Source: Amphiscolops sp. MND2022
Taxonomy: Eukaryota
Assembly (NCBI GenBank): GCA_964187785.1
Contig: OZ076409.1
Coordinates: 16,988,001-17,052,000, forward strand
Direction: 5' to 3'
DNA: 64,000 nt
Both the position numbers and the translations under genes were made by a program. Of the stretch, positions 45,701 through 56,055 are shown in pieces. The notes below the pieces were generated by a model. It searched no databases. It was given only the letters and a program-made list of their open reading frames with translations, and was not told the origin of the DNA. Each line of letters opens with the position of its first letter. Within the stretch, counting starts at the first letter, position 1.

Positions 45701-48404
45701 GATGCCCCACAGAGACATGAACAGAGCAAACAACAAAGTGGCCTCGTTGTCAATGACACGGGACACTCTCACTTGCAGACACGAATCCCCCAACTTCCAG
45801 AACCTGCCAAAAGCTTCACTTTGAAAAACCGGTTTGTTTGGAAAACAACTCGAATCATTTTTGATGGAATGAAATTGGATATAAAATTCAAGACTGACTG
45901 ATGAAACAATATTTAATAGAAATGCAGCATTTTTTCCTATTTGGCCACTTTAATCAACGAGGTAGTTTGGGACTTCCAAACTTCGGCCAAAATAGCCATC
46001 AAGGACCGGGAGAAGAAAATTACTGAGTGAGCCGCTTTTTTCAATACTTTTGCATTGTTGCATTTTTCTACCCAAATGATTGAGGTTCAACTACAATAAA
46101 ATTAGTTCTAAGGGATATTTGTTTGTAGAGATACTTCAAAATTTTTTTGGGAAGAATGCCTGAAGAAAAAGTGCCAAAAGACCCAAAAACAGGCCAAAAT
46201 GCCAGAATTTCATGCAAATTTAAGTACTATTTTGATTGTTTTCAGGAATTCAACAACGGAACAGTCGGCACGATTTTTTTGTTCAAAAAATGCCCCAAAA
46301 AGCCTTCCATTCTCATTTTTTCATTTGCTTTTTAGGGTCGGAAAATTTGAAATTAGAGCTATCAAAAGTGAGCTCTTGGCTACTTTTCAAAAAATATGCT
46401 ACTTGAAAATTACTAACTTGCAATCAGGTCCATCGCACAAAGGGCACATAGTGTAGTTGGAAGCTGGCCCGTTGTCGCAAATTTCTTGGCACACGGAATC
46501 CGTTGCCATAGTTACCAGGCCGTAGATGAAACAGAGCACACCGAGAACTGCTGCAGGGAACAGGAAGGAGGTGTAGAACCCCAGCCATGCAAAGTAGATG
46601 CCAATCTTCTCTCCGAAATAACGCCTGAACGTCAAATCATGTAACATTAAAACGCAATAACATCAAGGAAACTTAAAAAAAATTTTGGCGATCAACAATC
46701 GCAGAAAAGTACCTGGATTTTCCAGAGGCAGCAACACGTTTCATTATTCGACAGACGGTCAGTTACTGGCCTGAGAAGACTAAAGGCTTTCAGGGGCATT
46801 AGGTTCGAGATAAGGCCGACTTGAACATGTTCGACATGGGAGGCAAAATTTCCTCCAAAATTTAGTAACATTGCAAAAAATTGAAGAGGATGATATTCTG
46901 AAATAAAGTTAGAATGTTTTTTTTGGAAATTCCTTCTCAAAACCCATAGTAATAATAGCAATGCTGATAATTTTTGCATAATTAGCGATAATTATTGTGG
47001 TAAGAAAATTCCGTATGAAATGATTTGTTAACTTTTCTCAAGAGACAAGCTAAAAGGCGACAAAATTTTATAGAACGTAACTCCTGGCGACGAAATTTCT
47101 GATTCATCTTTAACAAATGACAAAACATTAAGGTTTTGCGGCATGAAATATTCTGATTCATTTAAGAAGCAATGATTGAAACCTGATTAAAGTGAGAGGC
47201 TGCTTCTTGAAGAATGTTTTCCACCTAGCCCACGAGTAGTACAGTTTCTGTCTGTCGTTCAGTTGGTTCGACTGGTGCCAGGGCATGCCATTCTCTATCG
47301 GGTCCCAGTCATAATCACCTGCATAAAACTTGCTATCAGTGAAACAAAAACTTCGAAGCAATAAAAATCTTCATGAATGGCAAAAAAAGTAAATTTGAAG
47401 TTCATAATAATTTAATTCATCTGGTATCTACTAAAAGCAGCTTGTTCTAAATAAACAACACTAGGCATGACACTGTACCAAAAAGGCTTTTAAAGGTGGA
47501 TTGTCTGTTTAACGAAAGCCTTGAACAAATTATGTTTCAGAATGAGGAGTGTTGCTGATGAAATATTATATAAAACCGGGAAATTTTATTTAATTAACTG
47601 TTTGGAAAACAGTGTCGCGGTGTTTTAGTGACATCCCGTTGGAACACAGCCGATGCCCATACCCTAAAGGCCCAATGAGATCTTTTTATGTCTGCTAGAA
47701 TTACTCAGTTCAACCTCTGAAGCCACAATTCAGTACAGCCTTATAGCTCAAGCTCGGTTTTATATCGACAGTATTGTTTCAAAATGTTTTACGTTGGACC
47801 TTAAGTGTAACTGAGAAGGCGGTGAGTTTTGATTAATTCATTGCTTGGCCGGGCAGGGTAGTTGAATCAAATTTTGCATTTCAATTCTGCAATTTAGCAC
47901 CGAAAGCACCTGAAATTGAACATTTCTTTAACTACACTATGTCTCTCTGGAATTATCATTGATTGGCTATGGCAAGCGAACAATTTTTACAATCCCACAA
48001 AAAGGTGTCCGGTAAAACTTAAATAATACTAAGCTTGAAGTGCAAAGTGACTTTTGGGACTTTTTGTTGCATAGAATCATGAAATAATTCACTGAACACT
48101 TCGTGAATTATTCAAGCGTGCATTATTCTTAAAATATTGCCCTTGCAAGATGCAAAAGCTTCATTGAGCTCTTCAACATCAAGCTCCTAACAGCAATTCG
48201 AGAGTAAAATGAAATCAAATTGTAGAAGAATTTTACTACAAGTTTCTCACAACATTAACCTGAGTGCAGTGGGTATGCTCCAGAGTAAATACCCTCTGCG
48301 ACCATTCTCTCTATGCCGAACTTCTTGCTCAACACGTCGTCCGGGGCCTCCTCTTCGTTGTTCTCCTCACAGTCGTACTCAGTGCGCAACAGAATGTGAT
48401 ATAC
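21666..48404 (-). CDS. ANO: anoctamin / TMEM16 family Ca2+-activated chloride channel or scramblase, 13 internal exons (paralogue not assignable)
   Basis: Exons 48260-48404, 47183-47318, 46418-46624, 45524-45803, 44963-45037, 44515-44880, 43357-43454, 27964-28057, 26295-26538, 25317-25369, 23969-24171, 22126-22234, 21666-21788. All have AG/GT boundaries and compatible phases (2133 nt, 711 codons). Motifs [49 protein letters not shown]. Confidence 0.95.
22126..22234 (-). CDS. ANO: anoctamin exon (YQGFRYP...[12 protein letters not shown])
   Basis: LA.RL.FV..FE motif; canonical splice sites. Confidence 0.92.
23969..24171 (-). CDS. ANO: anoctamin exon ([16 protein letters not shown]...SEC)
   Basis: Joins the next exon to give CRY..FR; the donor is weak (GTCTTT). 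Confidence 0.85.
25317..25369 (-). CDS. ANO: anoctamin exon ([17 protein letters not shown])
   Basis: TTTCAG acceptor and GTAAGT donor. Confidence 0.9.
25601..25675 (-). repeat. tRNA-derived SINE head / tRNA-like remnant
   Basis: Box A-like GGCCTAGTGGTTAAG and a degenerate box B on the minus strand. Confidence 0.4.
26295..26538 (-). CDS. ANO: anoctamin exon ([13 protein letters not shown]...AEDIG)
   Basis: [32 protein letters not shown]. Confidence 0.95.
26787..27189. mobile_element. hAT-type MITE (403 bp)
   Basis: TIR TAGAGGTG(C/T)ACCGGAC at both ends; 8-bp TSD CCAAATAG / CTAAATAG (7 of 8 match); subterminal CCGG-rich repeats. Confidence 0.85.
27964..28057 (-). CDS. ANO: anoctamin exon ([10 protein letters not shown]...QQEK)
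   Basis: Phase-2 start and phase-0 end fit both neighbouring exons exactly. Confidence 0.8.
28251..28599 (+). repeat. 349-bp direct repeat, left copy (flanks the Polinton)
   Basis: Matches 42709-43057 with 3 substitutions. Confidence 0.95.
28599..28736 (+). repeat. left terminal inverted repeat (terminal A missing)
   Basis: (t)GTAGTAGGGGAAGGGGGG...; contains two 41-bp units; 7 differences from the right TIR over 139 bp. Confidence 0.93.
29141..32940 (+). pseudogene. polB: protein-primed family B DNA polymerase with three N-terminal C2H2 zinc fingers and an endonuclease VII-like insert; 2 stops and 4 frameshifts
   Basis: Exo I HADLE, Exo II HNLSRYD, Exo III YLKID; Pol A DVTSLY, Pol [11 protein letters not shown], Pol C YKDTDS. 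Stops at 29207 and 31714; frameshifts near 29565, 30270, 30605 and 31470. Confidence 0.93.
33005..33511 (+). CDS. acidic Ser-rich protein, probably spliced (intron 33176-33248)
   Basis: A GT-AG intron joins the YESDGEQ...SDDDNE frame to the PPDPGF...FLDYEAIE frame in phase; start uncertain. Confidence 0.4.
   Translation, partial: GHLDGQFMNLMVSKVSRLGRLQMNLPPPCLPNLTMTMSLSLLYILFYTLSWNQLILSVKFSLVDFIFKRKKIWQQEKFCSLGPPDPGFHQSPQREQLSSLDWDDYDEMLAAQEKCDAKPSACPFLDYEAIEASGSDSEDNENIVTVKSKRDRSKRLVSYSDSDNTNDV
33579..34223 (-). CDS. adenain-like cysteine (maturation) protease
   Basis: GQHW (His), WDPLG (Asp), [13 protein letters not shown] (Gln, Cys). Confidence 0.9.
   Translation of the reverse strand: MDNETLIQLTQGCCRLLFNKNLGVASADNFLVEKDLEKSFQQSGAINFFYQIVNTSKSDQIGQHWLLVCLVAVGKEFGHRKTRKAPARRLCLKTWMKYFVNIWVWDPLGIELSRHIWIHKRLSQLSKKVANVDVIFFPLQNPSSNLCGLYCLLMAHNFCQILDSTSLLSLSHETLMKKILPKISTMKMLSEIDLVRYFNSHCKKISNTLYTRIL
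34227..35594 (-). CDS. major capsid protein (double jelly-roll, Polinton PY type), intact
   Basis: 455 aa; [30 protein letters not shown]...FDLT pattern typical of Polinton MCPs. Confidence 0.9.
   Translation of the reverse strand: MSSTSSQASAPITFSGACSEIANPVTHSALDFFEKPSVLINYEGSFDQEVFPHVGCRGPQLDFFVTADSKNCIDLNRICLSLEVTLYKPNGTDRLNDSENIIFANNTLHSLFSHVELFLNEKLISSSNNNYHHSAFVETELSTDTTSKATWARCQGYQYRGDKNMNDEIKAKIVAKNTSEGKCSVQLYGAPHIDFLVCERLLLPGVTLHLRFYRSSNLCAMETLTALNAADVKDLEQNAPTVTIEKASLFVNKIVLSDAVKVSIERALSKSRAVYPYIENLTKSFIVQAGQNCFVKENIFGTEPIRRLTLCMVRNRFFRGTTLASTPFRYEKFSLQKVELQRGNGLPIAGTPLDTTNNSRLYYNVITALGFERSGNGITLDEYEDNHFFLVFDLTSTRGASKSLTLFPELTGAGLTMKLTFATALPEAVELFLIGERYSQVTIDASRNILKNSGY
35603..36118 (-). 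pseudogene. conserved Polinton basic core-like protein (F.G..RQ.G.G motif), frameshifted
   Basis: MDQHY...[14 protein letters not shown]...PL. An indel in the A-run near 35890 restores [12 protein letters not shown] and a C-terminal RKRKK NLS-like tail. Confidence 0.65.
36222..37240 (-). pseudogene. minor capsid protein (penton, PX type), split by one frameshift near 36740
   Basis: N-terminal SNASM..FPEN....FTTLLP...[12 protein letters not shown]; C-terminal LYCDLV....GD....LLR and I.L....G..IPF...T.V.L.F. Confidence 0.88.
37237..38469 (-). CDS. int: retroviral-like DDE integrase with an N-terminal PHD finger, intact ORF
   Basis: WSVDLADM (D), IWVDKGREF (D), AERNIRSLK (E); C-terminal [11 protein letters not shown]3-like region; aa 20-70 show a C4HC3 pattern. 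Confidence 0.93.
   Translation of the reverse strand: MEQCKRRTQTRRTKKQDCFCGSCAHSLGKGTRQKPSIWCNVCGCVHFKCSGLSSAADYPKSSGNFMCSKCSKTRRLVPANADSIAYSKLHTLYTSCQSPASFGSRASLKKYSNCSYEQVDNYLHKNETYSKFKQSKKKFLRLKVQTFRLNEIWSVDLADMQQLARPNNGVNFLFVAVDTLSRFLWVRPIKRKTADSCRNVLKEIISDIRNESPNMQPLFCRATRGTTAVPGKPEKIWVDKGREFAGEFASFSQNAAIDLYSTNSETKSAFAERNIRSLKSIIFKYLHENRTDVYIDKLQSFVNVINSRVNRITKMAPKQVQKSDEAFLVSLQNSNAVQKPRFKIGQHVRIRRKLDLFHRGYRIQFTEEIFEIVAVKTLNPPTYLLKDANEQLIEGKFYESELVRFKAEIV
38483..39153 (-). pseudogene. conserved Polinton hypothetical protein, frameshifted near 38960
   Basis: [13 protein letters not shown] start (ORF 38827-39153) joins the ORF 38483-38962 frame (ILRKI...SGRILL...VFDFL); typical position upstream of the integrase. 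Confidence 0.55.
39137..39465 (-). pseudogene. small conserved Polinton protein (C...NIL.GN...L..HRK..KR pattern), probable frameshift near 39375
   Basis: ORF 39137-39379 plus an upstream MSQQELYL frame overlapping the ATPase 3' end. Confidence 0.55.
39376..40146 (-). CDS. A32/FtsK-like genome packaging ATPase
   Basis: Walker A GPCGSGKT, Walker B LLVIDD, arginine motif GRH, then HNLFQ and FKSPRD. Confidence 0.95.
   Translation of the reverse strand: MNKRIRTDPHCFLSVVGPCGSGKTQLVSSMLVNQYKVYKVFRPSFDKILYLYNHFQPNFEELQLKCVQSKVQIEFHQGLDWNAVEKCEAQSLRTLLVIDDLYQQACEDEYFLNLVIAGRHRNIHLITLKHNLFQQSKHSKTIELNVTQIILFKSPRDLEQIAVLGRQMGDRQLLLDAYKRATREAFGHLLIDFDPHTDPKLKYASKCSGNEPSIFYITSNHTSEQLNNESTRALFVCFFQRNGANCKTTVYFTLFY
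40143..40481 (-). CDS. small two-TM membrane protein
   Basis: Two C-terminal hydrophobic segments ending IGYLIP; the N-terminus may extend further upstream. Confidence 0.6.
   Translation of the reverse strand: MNDNASKTSETSDESTIVACVGDCVDHVNINNLILDYNNEERPPFKLNCGCCTDEINCSRSFLVISTTYFLLFMVIICSFLYLVLAENSLHKTGIIAVLSTCIGYLIPKSDK
40738..41145 (-). pseudogene. phospholipase A2-like protein (GPG...HD), in-frame TGA near 41045
   Basis: LIGPGDSL-x-LHAIFHD resembles the parvoviral PLA2 Ca-loop and catalytic HD; the frame stays open upstream past a single stop. Confidence 0.45.
41331..42099 (-). CDS. hypothetical protein with an HUH-like motif (GEHYHVLF); two ORFs probably joined by one frameshift near 41735
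   Basis: 143-aa ORF plus 104-aa ORF; the second frame is open upstream into an A-run of the first. Confidence 0.45.
42570..42708 (-). repeat. right terminal inverted repeat
   Basis: Reverse complement reads AGTAGTAAGGGAAGGGGGG...ACATGC. Confidence 0.93.
42709..43057 (+). repeat. 349-bp direct repeat, right copy
   Basis: Begins at the first base after the right TIR (AACCAACTTC...) and ends ...GATTAAAATG. Confidence 0.95.
43357..43454 (-). CDS. ANO: anoctamin exon ([22 protein letters not shown]...)
   Basis: Below the ORF-track threshold; found by motif and splice sites. Confidence 0.92.
44265..44340 (-). repeat. tRNA-derived SINE head
   Basis: Box A TGGCCTGGAGG and box B GAGTTCGAATCC on the minus strand; related copy at 14752. 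Confidence 0.55.
44515..44880 (-). CDS. ANO: anoctamin exon (ITVVLGAV...YRLQE)
   Basis: [37 protein letters not shown]. Confidence 0.95.
44963..45037 (-). CDS. ANO: anoctamin exon (MAEPFMP...VMFM)
   Basis: TAG|ATG acceptor and ATG|GTAAGT donor; EP.MP motif. Confidence 0.9.
45524..45803 (-). CDS. ANO: anoctamin exon (FWKLGDSC...TNPVTL)
   Basis: [28 protein letters not shown]; canonical splice sites. Confidence 0.93.
46418..46624 (-). CDS. ANO: anoctamin exon (RYFGEKIG...[10 protein letters not shown])
   Basis: TM1 and Cys-rich loop; canonical splice sites. Confidence 0.93.
47183..47318 (-). CDS. ANO: anoctamin exon (DYDW...KQPLTLIR)
   Basis: [11 protein letters not shown]...KQPL motif; canonical splice sites. 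Confidence 0.9.
48260..48404 (-). CDS. ANO: anoctamin exon (VYHILLRT...GAYPLHS)
   Basis: CAG|GTA acceptor and G|GTTAAT donor; FGIERM...YPLH motif. Confidence 0.88.
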
Positions 48405-49149
48405 CTGTTACACGTGAAAAAAAATGAAATCACTCCGTCAATGTTATCGATATTTGTCCTATTTGACTATGTCATGATGTTCATCATGTATACTAATTCA
48501 AAATCTCTAAGTTCCAGACACTCCTGGCAGATGTGGACCAATGATATGCAACACCCAATCACAGAGCAGCACGTGGACCTAGAGTGAGCCTCTGAAGCAG
48601 GGATGTTGACTTGTATATATTCAAACACAGAAAACTGAACAGCACTAGTGACCACCGACGTTTTCGATCTTTGCAGAACAGTGCAGATTCGAAAATAGGA
48701 CCTACTCAGAAACACAAAAACGTTTTTACCCCACAGCGATGTCAACTGAATAAAAAAGTTCGAAACTGGAAAAAAGTCTCAAATATGTCAATGTTTCAGT
48801 TTTGGAAACTATCGAAGGAAGCTTTACTATAGGGTTTTACGTTGTTTCAATTTTGTAACCCAATTAGGTCAACGTCATCGTCAATCATTGAATGTCTCCT
48901 GTTATGTTTCAGAAGGTTTTACCTGGAACTAATTCCATTGGGTTAGCATCTGTCACTCAGCTGGTACGAAGCAACCTTGGAAGCTGGCGCTGTTCAATTT
49001 CTGGACTTCTCCAAACTGTCGGAAGCTTCATTGTTGGAATGACATCCTTCAATGTCTTCGAACTAGGTTACTATTCTCTCTTCAGTACAGCTCACGGATC
49101 CGAAACAAACTTCTCTTTGTGCTTTTGTTATGTTTTGTGGCTAACGGAT

Positions 49150-50110
49150 CGTAGCAATAAGCATTTTCTGCAACCCAATATAGAATATTTCTTTTCCACT
49201 TGGGTCCGATTTTGTTTCGGACTTTGACCAATAATTTTATATTTGTCGGGAAGGGGAAATTAATCAACACTGCTTTGAATTTTTGCCTTTTTGCTATCGG
49301 TATCAGACTGCTGTCATGATCAGCAGTGTCCTTCTCTGACATCGAGATGGCCAAAATACTTTTATAATGTTTCAACGATTCTTTCCTCGCTTGTTATGAT
49401 GAGCGTTTACAACGGTTCAACGTGCATGCGATCCGGCATTTTCCATTCCAAGTGGAACAGTTTGGTACCCTATGGACTCTGTCCATGTTTTCTTTCGAAA
49501 ATGCAGATCACAACCTCCAGTACTGTCAAACACGGAAAACTTATTGTGGAACGCTTTATACGTCTCAAGCAATTACTGAGTCAAAAAGTAGATAACGATA
49601 ACCTCAAATGCTTCAAACACTCCTTCCTAAACTGTAAATCAGATGTCGATGGAACAATGTATACAACTGTCTCCGATGAAGTTATAGACTTCGTTCTCGA
49701 AAATTTAGAATGCGGATCTGTTGAAAGCTGGATGGGACGCCTCAAACACAAGTGTGGAATATTACTCTCGAGAGAGTTAGTAACTTTCGAGACAACCGAG
49801 TAAGTTATTTTCGGCTGTCCAAGAAGTCCACTTGTTTTTTATTATTCCACAAAAATCACAATTGTATGGTGAAGCACAGGCTTTTTTGTTTCCAAAACTA
49901 TCATCTATGCTGTTATGAAAGTCTATCCTGTTGTTAAGGTTGTGAACCTTTTCGGTTCAAAAACTCAATGCTGGACGAGGTGAATGATAAACTTATTGTT
50001 GCTGTCTCCCTTGAAAGATACGAACTTCTGACAATCGAGGCCTCTTTCATCGTTTGTCGTTGTTATGAGTCATTGAAATCTCATGATAGTGTAGTATTGT
50101 CCAAAATAGT
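49150..50110 (+). pseudogene. CACTA/EnSpm-like transposase, C-terminal remnant
   Basis: FLFHLGPIL; LFAIGIRLL...DIEMAKILL; FNVHAIRHFPFQVEQFGTLWTLSMFSFEN (N.H...H....V...G.LW..S.F.FE motif). Multiple stops and frameshifts. Confidence 0.7.
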
Positions 50111-50744
50111 TGAAGGTTTTGATCACGACTGGCTCCGAAATCAAAATAGCTTTTTTTCTGCTCAGTCAGTGCGGAACAGTCTGTCTGAGTTGATAGCATA
50201 TGCGGAACAACTATGCTGGTTTTGTCACCTCATCGAAATTAATTTCGTTTTTTTTTTGCTTTCCACTGTTTCAGTTATTCCTTATCGATCATTAATCCTT
50301 GTATTTGAACTTTCAATACTAATCATTTTTCATCTAATCTTGGTATTGCTTAAGTGCTCAATCAGTGCGGAACAGTCTGATTGTGAAATAGGATTGTGCG
50401 GAACAGCCAATCTTTCAATAGAACTGGTTTTGTTCATCTGAGTATTGAATGCAACCTAATGAAATTACATAACCGTTTATTCGCTATTTGCTGTAATTTT
50501 TTGCTTTTCACTGTTTCAATTATTCCTTATCGATCATTAATCCATATATTTGAACATTTAATACTAATCATTTTTCATCTAGTCTTGGTATTGCTTAAGT
50601 GCTCAATCAGTGCGGAACAGTCTGACTGTGAAAAAGGATTGCGCGGAACATCCAATCTTTTAATAGAAGTGGTTTTATTATTCTGAGCATTGAATGCAAG
50701 CTAATGCAATTACATGACCTTTTTTCCGCTATTTTCTGTTAGTA

Positions 50745-51983
50745 ATGTCTTTTGCTGCCAAAGTGACAAAGGTCAAAAAGACCACTGCCAGGAGTAAGAC
50801 GGTAGAGGAGAATGCGCAACTTAGAGAAGCGGTAAAAGGTGTGAAATTCTTGGCTTTCTGGATTAATGAGAAAAAAATATAACTGTATTAGCGTCGACGA
50901 CCCCCGGTGGCCACGCTCATGCTCGATTGCGGAAAAATTGTCTCCACCCAAATCGGGCAAAATTTTCAATGGAGAGCCATCGGGAGAAAACATCTCTTTG
51001 GTCCGCAGTGAAGCAGACATGCCAGCTAAAAAGGCAGTGATTGACAGTTTTATCAATAGCAACCGGCGTTTGAAGACATTTGTAGCTTGAATGTCACTCG
51101 AGAGGTTGAAGCGCGGGAAAAAGCAAAACCAACTCGACAACTTCAAGCTTATGAGTCGGGTGACTCTGCGTCTTCACATAAGTCTTCCGTGAACTTGCAA
51201 GATATGGAAGAGGACGAAAAAGAGCTGAATCCCGAGGCTTTGAAGTATATCGGATTTCGAACTCCTGCCAAAAAGCGAAAACGTCGTTTTAGTGGTAAGG
51301 AAAATGTAGAACCAGGGTCTTCTATGGGAAGTGACATCGCGAATTCGTCCTTCGGATCTGTGGTTAGTGATAGTCTGGAGCTAAATGCAACGTTGAGAAC
51401 GTTGGGCAACGCGATTAAAGAGCTCAATGGCGAGATAAGGAACATGCGACAAACAGATAAAACTTTGGCAAAAGAGAACAAGTATCTCAGGGAGTCGGTA
51501 CTCCCACCATGAAGGCCGGCGAAATGACACCTGAGAAACAAGTCCGCTTTGACGGATTCAATGTAATGACATGGTATGGTGAAACGCCAGCAAAGTTTGG
51601 CTTGCAACTAGCTCGCAAAATATGTGGCGAGGATGCTTTGGTGACACATATGATGGAACCAACAGAAGGCGCTGGTCGCCGATCACTGGATCAATCCAAA
51701 GTTGCGATTATTAAAGGTAAGGATCCAGTGTGTTTTAATAAATTCTTGACAAAACTGTTCACTGTGTCGAATAATTCACCTCACGTTTTGACAGTTGATT
51801 TTTTTTACTTCAGAAGCACTAGTTGCACGCTTCGGGAGCACCCCTGTGGTAATCGACCAAGCTCGGAGATCAATTAATCAATGGGGAATAGACGAAAAGG
51901 AACGTAGAGAAAAAAAAGCGGAGCAAGCGGAACAAATTCGAAATCCCTCAAAGCCCAACGAGATACTCGAAACCAATGAATGA
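50745..51983 (+). pseudogene. BEN-domain protein, copy 1
   Basis: Coiled coil, then KFGLQLARKICGEDAL...RRSLDQSKVAIIK|EALVARF...INQWGID (BEN-like; intron 51717-51813). Frameshift and TGA at 51510. Confidence 0.7.
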
Positions 51984-53633
51984 AACTTTCCATAGGACTG
52001 GAACCTATAATCAACCATAGTTGCTATGATCTTTTATTTTAGTTTTCGAAAGGTATTCTCGGTTGTCAAGAAGTCCACTTGATTTTCATTCATCCACAAA
52101 AATCAAGGCTTCCACGGTGACGCGCAGGCTTTTTTCGTTTCCAGAAAAAAATAGAATATGCTGTTATGAAAGCCTGTCATGTTTGACTTTATCGGTTCAA
52201 AAAGTCAATGTTGCACAGGATGAATAATAAATTTAATGTTGCTGTCTCCCTTCAAAGATACGAACTTTCGATAATCAATGCCTCTTTTATCGTGTTTGTC
52301 GTTATGAGTCTTTAATTAGCTGTTTTCTCTGCTCAGCCAGTGCGGAACAGTCTGTCTGAGTTGATAGCATATGCGGAACAACTATGCTGGTTTTGTCACC
52401 TCATCGAAACTAATTTCGTTATTTTTTCGCTTTTCACTGTTTCAGTTATTCCTTATCGATCATTAATCCTTGTATTTGAACTTTTAATACTAATCATTTT
52501 TCATCTAATCTTGGTATTGCTCAAGTGCTCAATGAGTGCGGAACAGTCTGATTGTGAAAAAGGATTGTGCGGAACCTTTTAACAGAACTGGTTCTGTTCA
52601 TCTGAGTATTGAATGCAACCTAATGAAATTACATAACCGTTTTTTCGCTATTTTCTGTAATTTTTTGCTTTTCACTGTTTTAATTATTCCTTATCGATCA
52701 TTAATCCATGTATTTGAACTTTTAATACTAATCATTTTTCATGTAGTCTTGGTATTGCTTAAGTGCTCAATCAGTGCGGAACAGTCTGATTGTGAAAAAG
52801 GATTGTGCGGAACCTTTTAACAGAACTGGTTCTGTTCATCTGAGTATTGAATGCAACCTAATGAAATTACATAACCGTTTTTTCGCTATTTTCTGTAATT
52901 TTTTGCTTTTCACTGTTTCAGTTATTCCTTATCGATCATTAATCCTCGTAATTGAACTTTTAATACTAATCATTTTCATCTAATCTTGGTCTTGCTCAAG
53001 TGCTCAATCAGTGCGGAACAGTCTGATTGTGAAAAAGGATTGTGCGGAACAGCCAATCTTTTAGTAGAACTGGTTTTGTTCATCTGAGTATTGAATGCAA
53101 CATAATGAAATTACATAACCGTTTTTTCGCTATTTTCTGTAACATTTTGCATTTCAGTTTCAATTATTCCTTATCGATCATTAATCCATGTATTTGAACA
53201 TTTAATACTAATCATTTTTCATGTATTCTTGGTATTGCTTAAGTGCTCAATCAGTGCGGAACAGTCTGATTGTGAAATAGGATTGTGCGGAACAGCCAAT
53301 CTTTTAATAAAATTGGTTTTGTTCATCTGAGTCGTGAATGCAACGTAATGAAATTACATAACCGTTTTTTCGCTATTTTCTGTAATTTTTTGCTTTTTAC
53401 TGTTTCAATTATTCCTTATCGATCATTAATCCATGTATTTGAACATTTAATACTAATCATTTTTCATCTAGTCTTGGTATTGCTTAAGTGCTCAATCAGT
53501 GCGGAACAGTCTGACTGTGAAAAAGGATTGTGCGAAACATCCAATCTTTCAATAGAAGTGGTCTTATTATTCTGAGCATTGAATGCAAGCTAATGCAATT
53601 ACATGACCTTTTTTCAGCTATTTTCTGTTGGTA

Positions 53634-54892
53634 ATGTCTTTTGCTGCCAAAGTGACAAAGGTCAAAAAGACCACTGCCAGGAGTGAGACTGTAGAGGAGA
53701 ATGCGCAAGAGAAGCGGGAAAAGAGTGAAATTCTTGGTTTTCTGGATAAATGAGAAAAAATATATAACTGTATTGGCGTCGACGACCCCCGGTGGTAACG
53801 CTCATGCTCGATTCCGGAAAAAATGTCTGCCCCCAAATCGGGCAAAATTTTCAATAGAGAAACATCGGGAGAAAACACCTTTTTGAACCTCAGTGCAGGA
53901 GCTAAAGCAGACATGCCAGCTAAAGAGGGAGTGGTTGACAGTTTTATCAATAGCAACCCTGATCCGGCATTTGAAGACATTTGTAGCTTGAATGTCACTC
54001 GAGAGGTTGAAGCGCGGGAAAAAGCAAAACCAACTCGACAACTTCAAGCTTATGAGTCGGATGACTCTGCGTCTTCACATAAGTCTACCGTGAACTTGCA
54101 AGATATGGAAGAGGACGAAGAAGAGCTGAATCCCGAGGCTTTGAAGTATATCGGACTTGGAACTCCTGCCAAAAAGAGAAAACGTCGTTGTAGTGGTAGG
54201 GAAAATGTAGAACCAGGGTCTTCTATGGGAAGTGACATCGCGAATTCCTCCTTCGGATCTGTGGTTAGTGACAGTCTGGAGCTAATTGCAACGTTGAGAG
54301 CATTGAGCAACGCGATTAAAGAACTAAATGGCGAGATAAGGAACATGCGACAAACAGATAAAACTTTGGCAAAAGAGACCAAGTATATCAGGGAGTCGAT
54401 ATTCACACCATCAAGGCCGGCGAAAATGACACCTGAGACACAAGTCCTCTTTGACGGATTCAATGTAATGACCTTGTACGGTGAAACGCATGCAAAGTTT
54501 GGCTTGCAACTAGCTCGCAAAATTTGTGGCGAGGATGCTTTGGTGACACATATGATGGAACCAACAGAAGGCACTCGTCGCCGATCACTGGATCAATCCA
54601 AAGTTGCGATTATTAAAGCTAAGGATCCAGTGTGTTTTAATTAATTCTCGAGAAAACTCAACTGTTCACTGTGTCGAATAACTCACCTCACGTTTTGACA
54701 GTTAATTTGTTTTTACTTCAGAAGCACTAGTTGCACGCTTCGGGAGCACCCCTGTGGTAATCGACCAAGCTCGGAGATCAATTATTTAATGGGGAATAGA
54801 CGAAAAGGAACGTCGAGAAAAAAAAAGCGGAGCAAGCGGAACAAATTCGAAATCCCTCAAAGCCCAACAAGATACTCGAAACTAATGAATGA
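53634..54892 (+). pseudogene. BEN-domain protein, copy 2
   Basis: 273-aa open stretch; early indels, GC donor and CAA>TAA in the last exon. Confidence 0.7.
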
Positions 54893-56055
54893 AACTTTCC
54901 ATAGGACTGGAACCTATAATCAACCATAGCTGCTATGATGTTTTATTTTAGTTTTCGAAAGGTATTCTCGGTTGTCAAGAAGTCCACTTGTTTTTCATTC
55001 ATCCACAAAAATCAAGGCTTCCATGGTGACGCGCAGGCTTTTTTCGTTTCCAGAAAAAAATCGTATGTTATGAAAGCTTGTCACGTTTGACCTTATCGGT
55101 TCAAAAAGTCAATGTTGCACAGGATGAATATTAAATTTATTGTTGCTGTCTCCCTTCAAAGATACGAACTTTCGATAATCAATGCCTCTTTTATCGTGTT
55201 TGTCGTTATGAGTCTTTAATTAGCTGTTTTCTCTGCTCAGCCAGTGCGGAACAGTCTGTCTGAGTTGATAGCATATGCGGAACAACTATGCTGGTTTTGT
55301 CACCTCATCGAAACTAATTTCGTTATTTTTTCGCTTTTCACTGTTTCAGTTATTCCTTATCGATCATTAATCCTTGTATTTGAACTTTTATTACTAATCA
55401 TTTTTCATCTAATCTTGGTATTGCTCAAGTGCTCAATCAGTGCGGAACAGTCTGATTGTGAAAAAGGATTGTGCAGAACCTTTTAACAGAGCTGGTTCTG
55501 TTCATCTGAGTATTGAATGCAACCTAATGAAATTACATAACCGTTTTTCGCTATTTTCTGTAATTTTTTGCTTTTCACTGTTTTAATTATTCCTTATCGA
55601 TCATTAATCCATGTATTTGAACTTTAAATACTAATCATTTTTCATCTAATCTTGGTATTGCTTAAGTGCTCAATCAGAGCGGAACAGTCTGATTGTGAAA
55701 TAGGATTGTGCGGAACAGCCAATCTTTTCATAGAACTGGTTTTGTTCATCTGAGTATTGAATGCAACCTTATGAAATTACAAAACCGTTTTTCGCAATTT
55801 TCTGTAACTTTTTGCTTTTCACTGTTTCAATTATTCCTTACCGATCATTATTCCATGTATTTGACCATTTAATACTAATAATTTTTCATCTAGTATTGGC
55901 ATTGCTTAAGTGCTCAATCAGTGCGGAACAGTCTGATTGTGAAAAAGGCTTGTGCGGAACAGCCAATCTTTTAATAGGAGTGGTTTCAATATTCTGAGCA
56001 TTGAATGCAAGCTAATGAAATTACATGACATTTTTTCCGCTACCTTCTGTTAGTA

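Noticed and set aside
48620-48710. Candidate upstream anoctamin exon (…LQRSK…)
   Set aside because: No donor site in the required phase 0 and the spacing does not fit the family motif.
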